Shown here: positions 28,692-37,287 of the stretch, one piece after another
How positions within the stretch are numbered: the first letter of the stretch is position 1
Layout: each line of letters begins with the position of its first letter
Source of the DNA: Candidatus Caldifonticola tengchongensis
GTDB lineage: Bacteria > Sysuimicrobiota > Sysuimicrobiia > Sysuimicrobiales > Sysuimicrobiaceae
Reading direction: 5' to 3'
DNA: 64,000 bases
NCBI GenBank assembly: GCA_031432545.1
Contig: JAVKGX010000001.1
Span: 390,411-454,410 of the forward strand
Position numbers and translations under genes: made by a program
Notes under the pieces: model-generated
The model's input: the letters and a program-made list of their open reading frames with translations, nothing else
The model's database searches: none
Told to the model about the DNA's origin: nothing

Positions 28692-28864
28692 TGCAGGTAC
28701 AGCTGGGACGGCATGTCGTCGTCGAGGGAGCGCAAGCTACCGTCGTGCTCGACGCGGTGGCCGCAGATCGGACACTCGTACCACGACGCTTCCTCGCAGC
28801 GCGACTCGCAGCGCTCTGTCATGACGCATTCGCAGTACGGGCATGTCAGGACCGTTTCCCGCAT
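28688..28864 (-). CDS. small double zinc-ribbon protein (58 aa)
   Basis: MRETVLTCPYCECVM...CESRC...CPICGH with four Cys pairs. GGGGG RBS-like stretch 7 nt upstream. The longer 86-aa track ORF start is considered less likely. Confidence 0.5.
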   Translation of the reverse strand: MRETVLTCPYCECVMTERCESRCEEASWYECPICGHRVEHDGSLRSLDDDMPSQLYLQ

Positions 28865-29038
28865 CTTGGTGCCCCCGCCGTCGTGTGGCTCTTCCTTCGA
28901 CCCCGCCCGGATTCCTCCTTCCATTCCCAAGAACGCGCTGCCAAGCAATTTTCGGGCCAGCCGGGGTCCGATAAACCGATCGGTCCGGCCGTGCGTCTAC
29001 GTTAGAATGGGACGAGGTGAGTAGGCGGACGACCGGTG

Positions 29039-29596
29039 ATGGACAGCGAGGACCGCAAACTGATCGTCGCATTCCGCCGCGGGGAACAGAGCGCCTTCGC
29101 CGCTCTCGTGATCAAGTACCGCCGGACGGTGTACCGGGTCGCACGGCGCATGACCGGCAACCACGAGGACGCCGCCGACGTCGTCCAGGACACCTTCGTG
29201 CGTGCCTTCCGCGGGCTCCGGTCGTTTGAGGGCACTTCGAGTCTGCGCACCTGGCTGTACCGGATCGCGGTGAACGCGTCGTTGGACCATCTGGTGCGGA
29301 CAGCACGCGCGCCCGTTCTCGTTGCGGCGTTGCCGGATCGGCCGGCGCCGCCGGACGATGGGCCGGGGGAAATCGCAGAGCGCAGGGAACGCGGGCGGCA
29401 GATCGCGGCGGCGGTCGAAGCGCTGCCACCGCGCCAGCGAGCCGCGGTGGTGCTGAGGCTCTACCTGGACCTTCCGTACGCCGAGATCGCCAACATCATG
29501 GACTGCTCGGAGGGGACCGTCAAGGCAACCGTGTTTGCGGCGTTGCGGAAGCTGCGCCAGAAGCTGCGCCACCTGGTGACGGTGACGGAGGACTGA
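29039..29596 (+). CDS. ECF (sigma-70 family) RNA polymerase sigma factor
   Basis: Region 2 (DVVQDTFVRAFR) and region 4 (LPYAEIANIMDCSEGTVK) signatures. 185 aa. Confidence 0.9.
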   Translation: MDSEDRKLIVAFRRGEQSAFAALVIKYRRTVYRVARRMTGNHEDAADVVQDTFVRAFRGLRSFEGTSSLRTWLYRIAVNASLDHLVRTARAPVLVAALPDRPAPPDDGPGEIAERRERGRQIAAAVEALPPRQRAAVVLRLYLDLPYAEIANIMDCSEGTVKATVFAALRKLRQKLRHLVTVTED

Positions 29597-30087
29597 TGCG
29601 GACCAGGCCTCCCTGTGCCGAAGTCGAGGATCTGCTGCTGGACGTGCTCACCGGATCGGTCGAGCCGACCGCGCGACAGGCCGTGCGCACCCATCTGGCC
29701 GTGTGCGCCGAATGCCGTGCCCGGGCAGCCGCACTGGGCGAGATCGTGACGCTGCTGCGGGATCTGCCGGATCCGTCTCCGCCACGCGGCTACTGGGAGA
29801 CGCTGAACCGGTCTCTGGAGGGGGCGATCGGCGTGAGGATACGGCCCTCACGACACCTCGCGGCGGTCGTGGCCGGGCTGCTCGCTGCGGTGGTGCTGGC
29901 CGCGGTGTCGACGCAACGTCTCCGGGTGCCGGTCTCGCAGCCTCCCGATCCGATCCCCAAGGGGGTCGTCACCGCGTCGATGCACGAGATCCTCCCTGCC
30001 GTCGACGCGCTCGCGAGGGAGTTTGGCGCCGGGATCCGGCCGGCCTGGCACTTCGACGACTCCCTGCCGCCGGGCGATGACCCGTAG
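29596..30087 (+). CDS. anti-sigma factor (zf-HC2, single TM)
   Basis: ATG overlaps the sigma stop. HLAVCAECR zinc-finger motif. TM helix LAAVVAGLLAAVVLAAV. Confidence 0.8.
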   Translation: MRTRPPCAEVEDLLLDVLTGSVEPTARQAVRTHLAVCAECRARAAALGEIVTLLRDLPDPSPPRGYWETLNRSLEGAIGVRIRPSRHLAAVVAGLLAAVVLAAVSTQRLRVPVSQPPDPIPKGVVTASMHEILPAVDALAREFGAGIRPAWHFDDSLPPGDDP

Positions 30088-30586
30088 ACCTCTGGCGCGC
30101 TTGGAGGGTGCCGCGCGCGTGGCGGTGGTCGTCGCCGCCTGCGTGCTCGCCGTCGGCGGCGCCGCCCTCGCGCAGCGTGCCCTGCCCGCGGAGCGAGCCG
30201 CACGCATCCTCGAAGCGCTGTTGATCTGGCGGCTGGTGGACGAGTTGGACCTCACGGAAGGACAGATCGCCCGCATCTTCCCGCAGGTCCGCGCCCTGAA
30301 GAGCGCCCGTTTCGAGTTCGCCCGACGGCAGGGCGAGCTGCGCGAGGAAATCCGGGCGCTGCTGCAGCAGCGGCCGCCCAACCGCGCGCTGATCCGATCC
30401 AAGGTGGCGGAGTTGGACGCGGTCAAGACGCAGTTCGAGCAACGCCGCGCCGCGATCCTCCAACGGACGCGCACCGCGCTGAGCCTGGAGCAACAGGCTC
30501 GCTTCTCGCTGATCCAGGACACGTTCGAGGAGGAAACCGTCCGGCTGCTGCGCGACGTCCAGCGGTTCATCGAGCAGCATCGGTAG
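30077..30586 (+). CDS. periplasmic Spy/CpxP-family (LTXXQ motif) protein
   Basis: Signal peptide. LDLTEGQIARI LTXXQ motif. Helical, Arg/Gln-rich. Overlaps the anti-sigma gene by 11 nt. Confidence 0.65.
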   Translation: MTRRPLARLEGAARVAVVVAACVLAVGGAALAQRALPAERAARILEALLIWRLVDELDLTEGQIARIFPQVRALKSARFEFARRQGELREEIRALLQQRPPNRALIRSKVAELDAVKTQFEQRRAAILQRTRTALSLEQQARFSLIQDTFEEETVRLLRDVQRFIEQHR

Positions 30587-30606
30587 CGGGCCCGTGCTCG
30601 CCCCGC

Positions 30607-30816
30607 TCAACCGGTTTGCGCGATCCGTTCTCCGGTGCGGGCGTCATAGAGGACGTAGTCCGCCTTCCGGTAGGTCTCCGCCGCCCCGCACCGGGGGCAG
30701 GTGTGGTAGTTCGCGGCGAACGAACCCCGCTGAAACGATCGCGTGTCGCTGCGGATCTTGGTGTCGAACTCCTCGCCGCACGACCGGCACACGACGTACA
30801 GGGCCAGGCGGGCCAT
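30607..30816 (-). CDS. small zinc-ribbon protein (69 aa)
   Basis: CRSCG ... CPRCG. Start overlaps the stop of the upstream HTH gene by 1 nt. Confidence 0.5.
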   Translation of the reverse strand: MARLALYVVCRSCGEEFDTKIRSDTRSFQRGSFAANYHTCPRCGAAETYRKADYVLYDARTGERIAQTG

Positions 30817-31172
30817 CAGGGGACACCGTCGGTCTTCGGCGCGCGGCCGGTCAGCCGATCCGCTCCCCAGATCACCTTGCGCCCGTCCCGGAACAGAGGC
30901 AAAGGGAGTTCCCCCGCGTCCAGACGGCGCAAGAGTTCGGCCGGCGTCATCCCGAGCCTTTCGGCCGCATCCACCGTGGTGACGATCCGTTCGCCGTCGT
31001 GGACCGCCCGCACGACCCGCCGCAGGAAGCTGTCGGGTCCCGGCCGTTGTATGATCATCGCGATGGCCGACCTGCCGCGCGGGTGCGCCTGCTTCACCAG
31101 GTTCGCGTAGCGCTCCAGCTCGTCGGGGAAGCCGCGCAGGTGATGAAGCACGGCGAGATCTGGGTCCGTCAC
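30816..31172 (-). CDS. HTH DNA-binding protein (excisionase/MerR-like HTH_17 C-terminal domain)
   Basis: GTG 31172 chosen so the CDS does not run into the tRNA. C-terminal TTVDAAERLGMTPAELLRRLDAGELP...GRKVIW matches excisionase-type HTH. Confidence 0.5.
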   Translation of the reverse strand: MTDPDLAVLHHLRGFPDELERYANLVKQAHPRGRSAIAMIIQRPGPDSFLRRVVRAVHDGERIVTTVDAAERLGMTPAELLRRLDAGELPLPLFRDGRKVIWGADRLTGRAPKTDGVP

Positions 31173-31262
31173 GGAGAGGTCGTCCACGGCATCGGTGCCG
31201 GAGGGATCGAAGCGAGTGGTCGCACGCGCCGCACGGGAAAGCCGATGCCGGCGCGACGGTCG

Positions 31263-31348
31263 TGGTGCCGGAGGGGAGATTTGAACTCCCACGGGCTATC
31301 GCCCACTACGCCCTGAACGTAGCGCGTCTGCCGTTCCGCCACTCCGGC
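31263..31348 (-). tRNA. tRNA-Leu (anticodon CAG), class II with long variable arm, CCA encoded
   Basis: Manually folded: acceptor GCCGGAG/CTCCGGC, anticodon stem CTACG/CGTAG with loop TTCAGGG, variable arm GGGC-GATA-GCCC, T-arm GGGAG-TTCAAAT-CTCCC, discriminator A + CCA. Confidence 0.85.
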
Positions 31349-31366
31349 CATCCCGGGCAGTTTCTG

Positions 31367-33679
31367 ATGCTAGACGAAGCCAAAGGGAGCGTCAAGGCGA
31401 TGGGCGTGTCGGGGTTCCTCCAGACGCTCCGACGGGAGGCGGGCGATCGCATCGTCCACCTGGAGCACCTGGAGGCCCGCCCCGCCCGCTACGCGCGCCC
31501 ACGCCGCCCCCTCCCGGATGCCCTCTCTGCAGCGCTCGCCCGCCAGAGGATCTCGCAGCTATACGTGCACCAGGCGCAGGCCCTCGACGCCGCGCGGGCC
31601 GGCGAGGCGATCGTCGTCACCACGCAGACCGCCAGCGGCAAGACCCTGTGCTACAACCTCCCCGTGCTCGAGACGCTCCTGAGCGATCCCCCGTCGTGCG
31701 CGCTGTACGTCTTTCCCACGAAGGCGCTGGCCCAAGACCAGCTGGACGTCCTGAACGGATACGGCGTGCCGGTGCGCGCGGGCATCTACGACGGCGACAC
31801 CCCTGCCGACCAGCGCGCGCGGGTGCGCGATCGCGCGCAGATTTTGTTGACGAATCCGGACATGCTGCACGTGGGAATCCTCCCCCAGCACTTCCGCTGG
31901 CGGGCCTTCTTCCGTCGGCTCCGGTACGTGGTGCTGGACGACCTCCACGTCTATCGCGGCGTGTTCGGCAGCCACGTCGCGAACGTGCTGAGGCGGCTGC
32001 GCCGCGTCTGCCGGGTGTACGGTGCCGATCCGCAGTTTTTGTGCGCGTCGGCCACACTGGGCAACCCCGCGGAGTTTGCCAGCCGGCTCGTCGGCGTTCC
32101 GGTGCAGGTGATCGACGACGACGGTGCCCCGCGCGGCGCCCGCCACTTCGTGCTGTGGAACCCGCCGCACGGCGCGGACGGATTGCGACGCAGCCCGTAC
32201 GGCGAGGCCACGTGGTTGTTCTGTCGACTGGTGGAAGCCGGCGTGCGCACGATCGTGTTCGTCAACGCCCGCAAGACAGCCGAGCTGATCTACCGCAGGG
32301 CGGCCGGGGCGCTGCCGCCCGAGCTGGCCGGGCGCATCCGCCCCTACCGCGCCGGTTACCTGGCCGGCGAGCGCCGCCGGATCGAGCGGGCGCTGTTCGG
32401 CGGAGAACTTCTGGGCGTGGTCGCCACGAGCGCTCTGGAGTTGGGCATCGACGTTGGGGGACTCGACGCGTCGGTGTTGGTCGGCTTCCCGGGTACGGTC
32501 GCCAGCACGTGGCAGCGTGCAGGCCGTGCGGGCCGCGGTAGGCAGGAGGCGCTGACCATCCTGATCGCTACGGACGACGCGCTGGACCAGTACCTGGCAC
32601 GCAACCCCGGCTACCTGTTCGGCCGCCCGGTCGAAGCCGCCGTCATCGACCCCGAGAATCCGTACGTGCTGGCCAGCCACCTCCGCTGCGCTGCCGCGGA
32701 AGTGCCGCTGCGCGAAGAGGACCTGACGCTGTTCGGATCCACCGCCGGTGCGATCGCCCCGGTGCTGGAGGAGATCGGCGAGCTGCAGAGCCGCCACGCC
32801 CGCTGGTACTGGCGCGGCGCGCCGTATCCCGCGCGACAGGTCGGCATCCGATCAGCCGGTGGGACGTACCACATCGTCGACCCCACTGGGCGTCTGGTCG
32901 GGACGGTGGAGGAGGGGCGGGCGTTCGAGCAGGTGCATCCGGGCGCGGTGTACCTGCACCGCGGCGAGACCTACCTCGTGGAAGATCTGGACGTGGCGCG
33001 CAAGGTGGCAACGGTCCGGCGCGCCGAGGTCGACCACTACACCGAGCCGAGGACCGTGACGGACCTTGCGATCCGCGCTGTCCGCGCCTGTTCGCCGTTC
33101 GGGGATGCGGAGGCATATCTGGCAGAGGTCGAGGTCACCACGCACGTCGTGGAGTACGCGCGCAAGCGTCTGTTCGGCGACGAGGTGATCGGTGTGGTGG
33201 GATTGGACCTGCCCGCGGAGGTCCTGCGGACAGTGGCGGTCGGCTTCGACGTGCCCCCGGCGATCGCCCGGAAACTGGCGGACTTCGACCTCGCCGGCGC
33301 GGTGCACGCGGTGGAGCATGCTGCCATCGGGCTGCTGCCGCTGTTTGCGATGTGCGACCGGTGGGACATCGGCGGCGTGTCCTACCCCTTGCACCCTCAG
33401 ACGGGCCGCCCGTCGATCTTCGTCTACGACGGCTACCCGGGCGGGGTGGGAGTGGCCGAGCGGGGTTTTCGCGTTCTGGAGGAGTGGATGCGCGCCACGT
33501 TGGACGCGATCGAGCGGTGCCCGTGCGAAGACGGCTGCCCTTCGTGCATCCAGTCTCCCAAGTGTGGGAACGCCAACACGCCGCTGGACAAGGTTGGCGC
33601 CGTGGCGCTGTTGCGCCGGGTGCTGGGCGTTCGGAGCGCAAAGGCGCTGGTCGGCCGGCGAACGGCGCGGCGGTCCTAG
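31367..33679 (+). CDS. MrfA/YprA-type DEXH-box helicase with C-terminal DUF1998 zinc-finger domain
   Basis: Motif I TQTASGKT, DDLH (DExH) box, helicase C domain, C-terminal CPCEDGCPSCIQSPKCGNAN four-Cys cluster (DUF1998). ATG 31367. ATG 31400 is an alternative. The track ORF start (31262) is rejected because it overlaps the tRNA. Confidence 0.85.
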   Translation: MLDEAKGSVKAMGVSGFLQTLRREAGDRIVHLEHLEARPARYARPRRPLPDALSAALARQRISQLYVHQAQALDAARAGEAIVVTTQTASGKTLCYNLPVLETLLSDPPSCALYVFPTKALAQDQLDVLNGYGVPVRAGIYDGDTPADQRARVRDRAQILLTNPDMLHVGILPQHFRWRAFFRRLRYVVLDDLHVYRGVFGSHVANVLRRLRRVCRVYGADPQFLCASATLGNPAEFASRLVGVPVQVIDDDGAPRGARHFVLWNPPHGADGLRRSPYGEATWLFCRLVEAGVRTIVFVNARKTAELIYRRAAGALPPELAGRIRPYRAGYLAGERRRIERALFGGELLGVVATSALELGIDVGGLDASVLVGFPGTVASTWQRAGRAGRGRQEALTILIATDDALDQYLARNPGYLFGRPVEAAVIDPENPYVLASHLRCAAAEVPLREEDLTLFGSTAGAIAPVLEEIGELQSRHARWYWRGAPYPARQVGIRSAGGTYHIVDPTGRLVGTVEEGRAFEQVHPGAVYLHRGETYLVEDLDVARKVATVRRAEVDHYTEPRTVTDLAIRAVRACSPFGDAEAYLAEVEVTTHVVEYARKRLFGDEVIGVVGLDLPAEVLRTVAVGFDVPPAIARKLADFDLAGAVHAVEHAAIGLLPLFAMCDRWDIGGVSYPLHPQTGRPSIFVYDGYPGGVGVAERGFRVLEEWMRATLDAIERCPCEDGCPSCIQSPKCGNANTPLDKVGAVALLRRVLGVRSAKALVGRRTARRS

Positions 33680-33709
33680 CTCGATGCGGGGATGCGAGGC
33701 TGAGGAGGC

Positions 33710-34873
33710 ATGAGGACGCACACCGGCGGGACGCTGTACGTGGTGGCGACGCCGATCGGCAACCTGGAGGACATCACGCTGCGCGCGCTGCGGATCCTCA
33801 AAGAGGTCGACGTGATCGCAGCCGAGGACACGCGGCACACCAGCAAGCTGCTGGCGCACTACGACATCCGGAAGCTCACGGTGAGCTACCACGAGCACAA
33901 CGAGCGCCGCCGCGCGCAGGAACTCGTTGCGCAGATGAAGGCGGGCCGGTCGGTGGCGCTGGTGAGCGACGCGGGAATGCCGGGGCTGTCCGACCCGGGA
34001 TACGAGATCGTGCGGCGCTGTGCCGCGGAAGGGATCCCGGTCGTGCCGGTGCCGGGGCCGAGCGCGATCCTCGCGGCACTCGTCGCCTCCGGGCTGCCGA
34101 CCGACCGCTTCTTGTTCTTGGGTTTCCTGCCGCGCAAGCCAGGCGCGCGCGACCGGCTGCTGGAAGGGGTCGCACGGGAACCGGGGACGCTGGTGCTGTT
34201 CGAGGCGCCGCAGCGCCTGGTGGCCACGCTGCGCGACCTCCACCGGCGCCTGGGGGATCGCCGCGTGGCGATCTGCCGCGAACTGACCAAACGCCACGAG
34301 GAAGTGTTCCGCGGCACGCTCTCCCAGGCGCTGGCCCACGCGGAGACGAACCCACCGCGGGGCGAGATCACGATCGTCCTGGAGAGAGGCCGGTCCGCAG
34401 ACGGGGCGGCGGACGTCCAAGCCGAGTCCGAGTTGCATGCTTCGCTCGCGCGCGGGGCGTCTGTGCGGGACGCGGCCGACGCGGTGGCGCGTTCGCACGG
34501 GATCCGGCGGCGTACGGCCTACCGGCAAGCGCTGCGGCTGGTGGAGGCGTCGACGGCCGACGTCTTCGCCTACGGCACCCTCCGTGACCCGGCTCTGGTC
34601 GAACGGCTGACCGGGCGAGCCTTCGACACCGAGCCTGCGGTGCTGCCGGGATGGCGCGCCGTCGGTCCTCAGACGTCGCGGTCCGGCTACGAGGAGATCG
34701 CACCCGACCCCCATGCGGAGGTGCACGGACTGCTCTTGCGGGGCGTGGACGCGGCGTCGTTGCGGTGTCTGGACGCCTACGAGGTCGAGTACGAGCGGCG
34801 GACCCTGTCGGTGCGCGTCGGCGGCCACACGGTTCCCGCCCAGGTCTACCTGCCGCGGGGAGGGCGCACTTGA
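33710..34873 (+). CDS. rsmI: 16S rRNA (cytidine1402-2'-O)-methyltransferase RsmI fused to a C-terminal GGCT/AIG2-like domain
   Basis: N-terminal tetrapyrrole-methylase fold (LYVVATPIGNLEDITLRAL..., about 275 aa), then YGTLRDPALVERL... GGCT-like domain (about 100 aa) in one uninterrupted frame. GGAGG before ATG. Confidence 0.8.
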   Translation: MRTHTGGTLYVVATPIGNLEDITLRALRILKEVDVIAAEDTRHTSKLLAHYDIRKLTVSYHEHNERRRAQELVAQMKAGRSVALVSDAGMPGLSDPGYEIVRRCAAEGIPVVPVPGPSAILAALVASGLPTDRFLFLGFLPRKPGARDRLLEGVAREPGTLVLFEAPQRLVATLRDLHRRLGDRRVAICRELTKRHEEVFRGTLSQALAHAETNPPRGEITIVLERGRSADGAADVQAESELHASLARGASVRDAADAVARSHGIRRRTAYRQALRLVEASTADVFAYGTLRDPALVERLTGRAFDTEPAVLPGWRAVGPQTSRSGYEEIAPDPHAEVHGLLLRGVDAASLRCLDAYEVEYERRTLSVRVGGHTVPAQVYLPRGGRT

Positions 34874-35166
34874 TCGGTGAGTTGCTGCGGCGCTGGATTC
34901 TCGGCGACGCCGACGCGCTGGTTGTCGCGCACCGGGCCCGCACGCAGGTGGAAGCGGACCTGCTCGCCGCCGTGCTCCGCGAAGCGGGCTTCCGCGTGCT
35001 GGTGCGGCGCCGCGGGGTCCCCGGCTACGAGGGCGTCTTCGAAGCCGCGCGCGGCGTGTGGGCCGACCTGCTGGTGGCGCGGTCGGACGCGCACCGGGCG
35101 CGAGCGCTGGTAGCGAAGTTCCTGGAGAGTCCGGTCGAGGACGCAAGCGGGAGCGGCCAGTCGTGA
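34870..35166 (+). CDS. DUF2007-like small protein
   Basis: TTG 34870 overlaps the rsmI stop. Alternating helix / GFRVLV beta-strand pattern like DUF2007. Start uncertain. Confidence 0.4.
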   Translation: MIGELLRRWILGDADALVVAHRARTQVEADLLAAVLREAGFRVLVRRRGVPGYEGVFEAARGVWADLLVARSDAHRARALVAKFLESPVEDASGSGQS

Positions 35167-35176
35167 CGACGCAGGG

Positions 35177-36703
35177 ATGACCGCCAACGAGGACGTCCGG
35201 GCCGCGCGCACGTACCACGAGGTCACCAAGCACTCCTACGCCAGCGTGCGGCGCCCGGGGCATCGGCTCGACTGGGCGAACCGGCCCCTGCCCTACAAGA
35301 CCTACCCGACCCTCGATCCGATAACACTGCCCCAGGATCTGGGACCCTCACCGACGCCGGCGCTTGCGGCTGTGATGGGCATCCCAACGCCCCTCGGACG
35401 GTCGCCGGATCTGGTGGCGCTCGCGCACATCCTCCGCTGGTCGGCGGGGATCCTGCGGCGCGTCCGATACGACAGCGAGGTCGTCGCCTACCGAGCCGCT
35501 CCGTGCACCGGCGCGCTGTACCACGTGGAGGTATACGTCGCGTGCGCCGATCTGGTCGACCTGCCGGGGGGTCTGTACCACTTCGACGTCCCGGAGTTCG
35601 CGCTGCGCCGCTTGCGCGCCGGGGACGTGCGCGGCGAGTTGGCGGAGGCGACGGCCGGCGAGGGCTCGGTCGCCGCAGCGCCGGTGGTGCTGGTCTGCAC
35701 GAGCACCTTCTGGCGCAACGCCTGGAAGTACGGGGCACGCGCGTACCGGCACGCGTTCTGGGACACCGGGACGATGCTCGCGAACTTGCTCGCGGTGGCC
35801 TCCGCCCTCGGCCTGGTCGCCCGCGTCGTGCTCGGCTTCGTCGACGAGCGCGTGCACCGGCTCCTGGGTGTCGACGGACGGCGGGAGGCTGCTGTCGCCC
35901 TCGTGGCCCTCGGCGCGTCGGCGCCGGCGCCGCCTGCGCCCACGGTCTTGCCCTTGGACCTGCCCACGCCGCCGCCGTCGCGACGCGAAGTCGAGTACCC
36001 CGAGATCGTGAGGATGCAGGAGGCTTCCTGTCTTGGGCGTGCGGAGGAAGTCGCGCGCTGGCGCGAGCGCGACGGCCTGGCGCAGACACGAGATGCTGTG
36101 GGTTCGCTGGTCCCTTTGCCGGCCCCGAATCCGACGCTCGCCGCCGCCCCCATCGAGGAGGCGATCCGCAAGCGCCGGTCCACGCGCTGGTTCTCTGCCG
36201 AGCCGGTGTCCTTTGACCACCTCGCGGCGGTCCTGCACGCCATCGGGACGGACCTTCCGGCGGACTTTCTCGAGCCCGCGGCGGCGCTCACTACGGCGTA
36301 CCTGATCGTCAACGCCGTGGGCGGCCTGCCGGCCGGGACGTACAGGTACCTCCGCGGGCACAGAGTCCTAGAGGCCTTGCGACGGGGCGACTTCCGCGCG
36401 GAAGCGGGCTACCTGGCCCTCGAACAGTCGGCCGCGGCGCAAGCGGCGGTCAACATCTACTTCATGGCAGACGTCGAAGCCGTCCTGGCCAGGCTGGGCA
36501 ACCGCGGCTACCGGGCGGTCCAGCTGGAAGGCGGCATCCGCGGCGGTCGAACCTACCTCGCCGCGCACGCCCTCGGGTTGCGGGCGACGGCCTTGACGTT
36601 CTACGACGACGAAGTCGCCGCGTTCTTCGCGCCGCGCGCGCCCCGCCACAGTCCCATGTTCCTCGCCGTCCTGGGCCGACCCGCCCGGCCGCGATCCCCT
36701 TGA
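35177..36703 (+). CDS. SagB/ThcOx-type dehydrogenase (tandem nitroreductase-like domains)
   Basis: N-terminal TYHEVTKHSY...RPLPYKTYP signature of SagB-type dehydrogenases. Two nitroreductase-fold halves. 508 aa. No YcaO/cyclodehydratase partner nearby. Confidence 0.7.
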   Translation: MTANEDVRAARTYHEVTKHSYASVRRPGHRLDWANRPLPYKTYPTLDPITLPQDLGPSPTPALAAVMGIPTPLGRSPDLVALAHILRWSAGILRRVRYDSEVVAYRAAPCTGALYHVEVYVACADLVDLPGGLYHFDVPEFALRRLRAGDVRGELAEATAGEGSVAAAPVVLVCTSTFWRNAWKYGARAYRHAFWDTGTMLANLLAVASALGLVARVVLGFVDERVHRLLGVDGRREAAVALVALGASAPAPPAPTVLPLDLPTPPPSRREVEYPEIVRMQEASCLGRAEEVARWRERDGLAQTRDAVGSLVPLPAPNPTLAAAPIEEAIRKRRSTRWFSAEPVSFDHLAAVLHAIGTDLPADFLEPAAALTTAYLIVNAVGGLPAGTYRYLRGHRVLEALRRGDFRAEAGYLALEQSAAAQAAVNIYFMADVEAVLARLGNRGYRAVQLEGGIRGGRTYLAAHALGLRATALTFYDDEVAAFFAPRAPRHSPMFLAVLGRPARPRSP

Positions 36704-36737
36704 CAGCGGCCACACGGTCGGACACTGTCCGGGGGGG

Positions 36738-37281
36738 ATGGCGCGCCTGTCTCCCTCGGCTCTGACCACGTACCGTGCGTGCTCCAAGCGCTACCACTTA
36801 CGCCACGTGCTGGGCCTGCCGGCGCGGCCGTGTGCGTCGTTGGCGATGGGCGGCCTGGTGCATGAAGCGCTGCGTCGTCTGTTCGCGCTGCCCGCCGCGC
36901 AGCCGGTGATGCTCGAGGGCTACGTGGAGGCGCGCGACGACGGCCTGCTGTTCGTGGCGCGCGTCGATCGCGTGGATCCGGTCGGCGAGGGGGTGCGGAT
37001 CGTCGACTACAAGACCGGCTCGCCGCCCCGCCACGAGGACCGACAGTCGCGTTGGAGGTCGCTGCCGCGGTGTACATCCTGAGCGTGCAGGAGCGCCTGG
37101 GCCGGCCGGTGCGGGAAGTGGAGTTCGTGTTCCTGGAGCACCGTGAGCGCGTGGCGGTGCCGGCGGCCTCTCCGACCGGACGTGGCCGGCTGCACCGGGC
37201 AGGCAGTGCGCGTGGTGCGACTACCTGGACACGTGTCCCGAGGGCGGCGCCCACGTCCGCGCGGCGCAGTGGAAGGGCTGA
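36738..37281 (+). pseudogene. PD-(D/E)XK (Cas4/RecB-like) nuclease disrupted by two -1 frameshifts
   Basis: Frame A (36738-37082) gives MARLSPSALTTYRACSKRYHLRHVLGL...GGLVHEAL...DRVD...IVDYKTG (motifs I-III). Frame B (from about 37052) gives LEVAAAVYILSVQERLGRPVREVEFVFLE. Frame C (to 37281) gives QCAWCDYLDTCPEG (C-terminal Cys cluster). Shifts lie near 37050 (after a TT) and 37150-37200. Confidence 0.6.
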
Positions 37282-37287
37282 TGCCCG

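Noticed and set aside
31173-31292. N-terminal extension of the HTH gene (track ORF 30816..31292)
   Set aside because: Would overlap 30 nt of tRNA-Leu. A GTG at 31172 gives a compact 118-aa product clear of the tRNA.
36738-37281. Treating the PD-(D/E)XK nuclease region as three separate small genes
   Set aside because: The three frames together reconstruct one contiguous Cas4/RecB-like domain order (motifs I-III then C-terminal Cys cluster). Separately none would be a functional protein.
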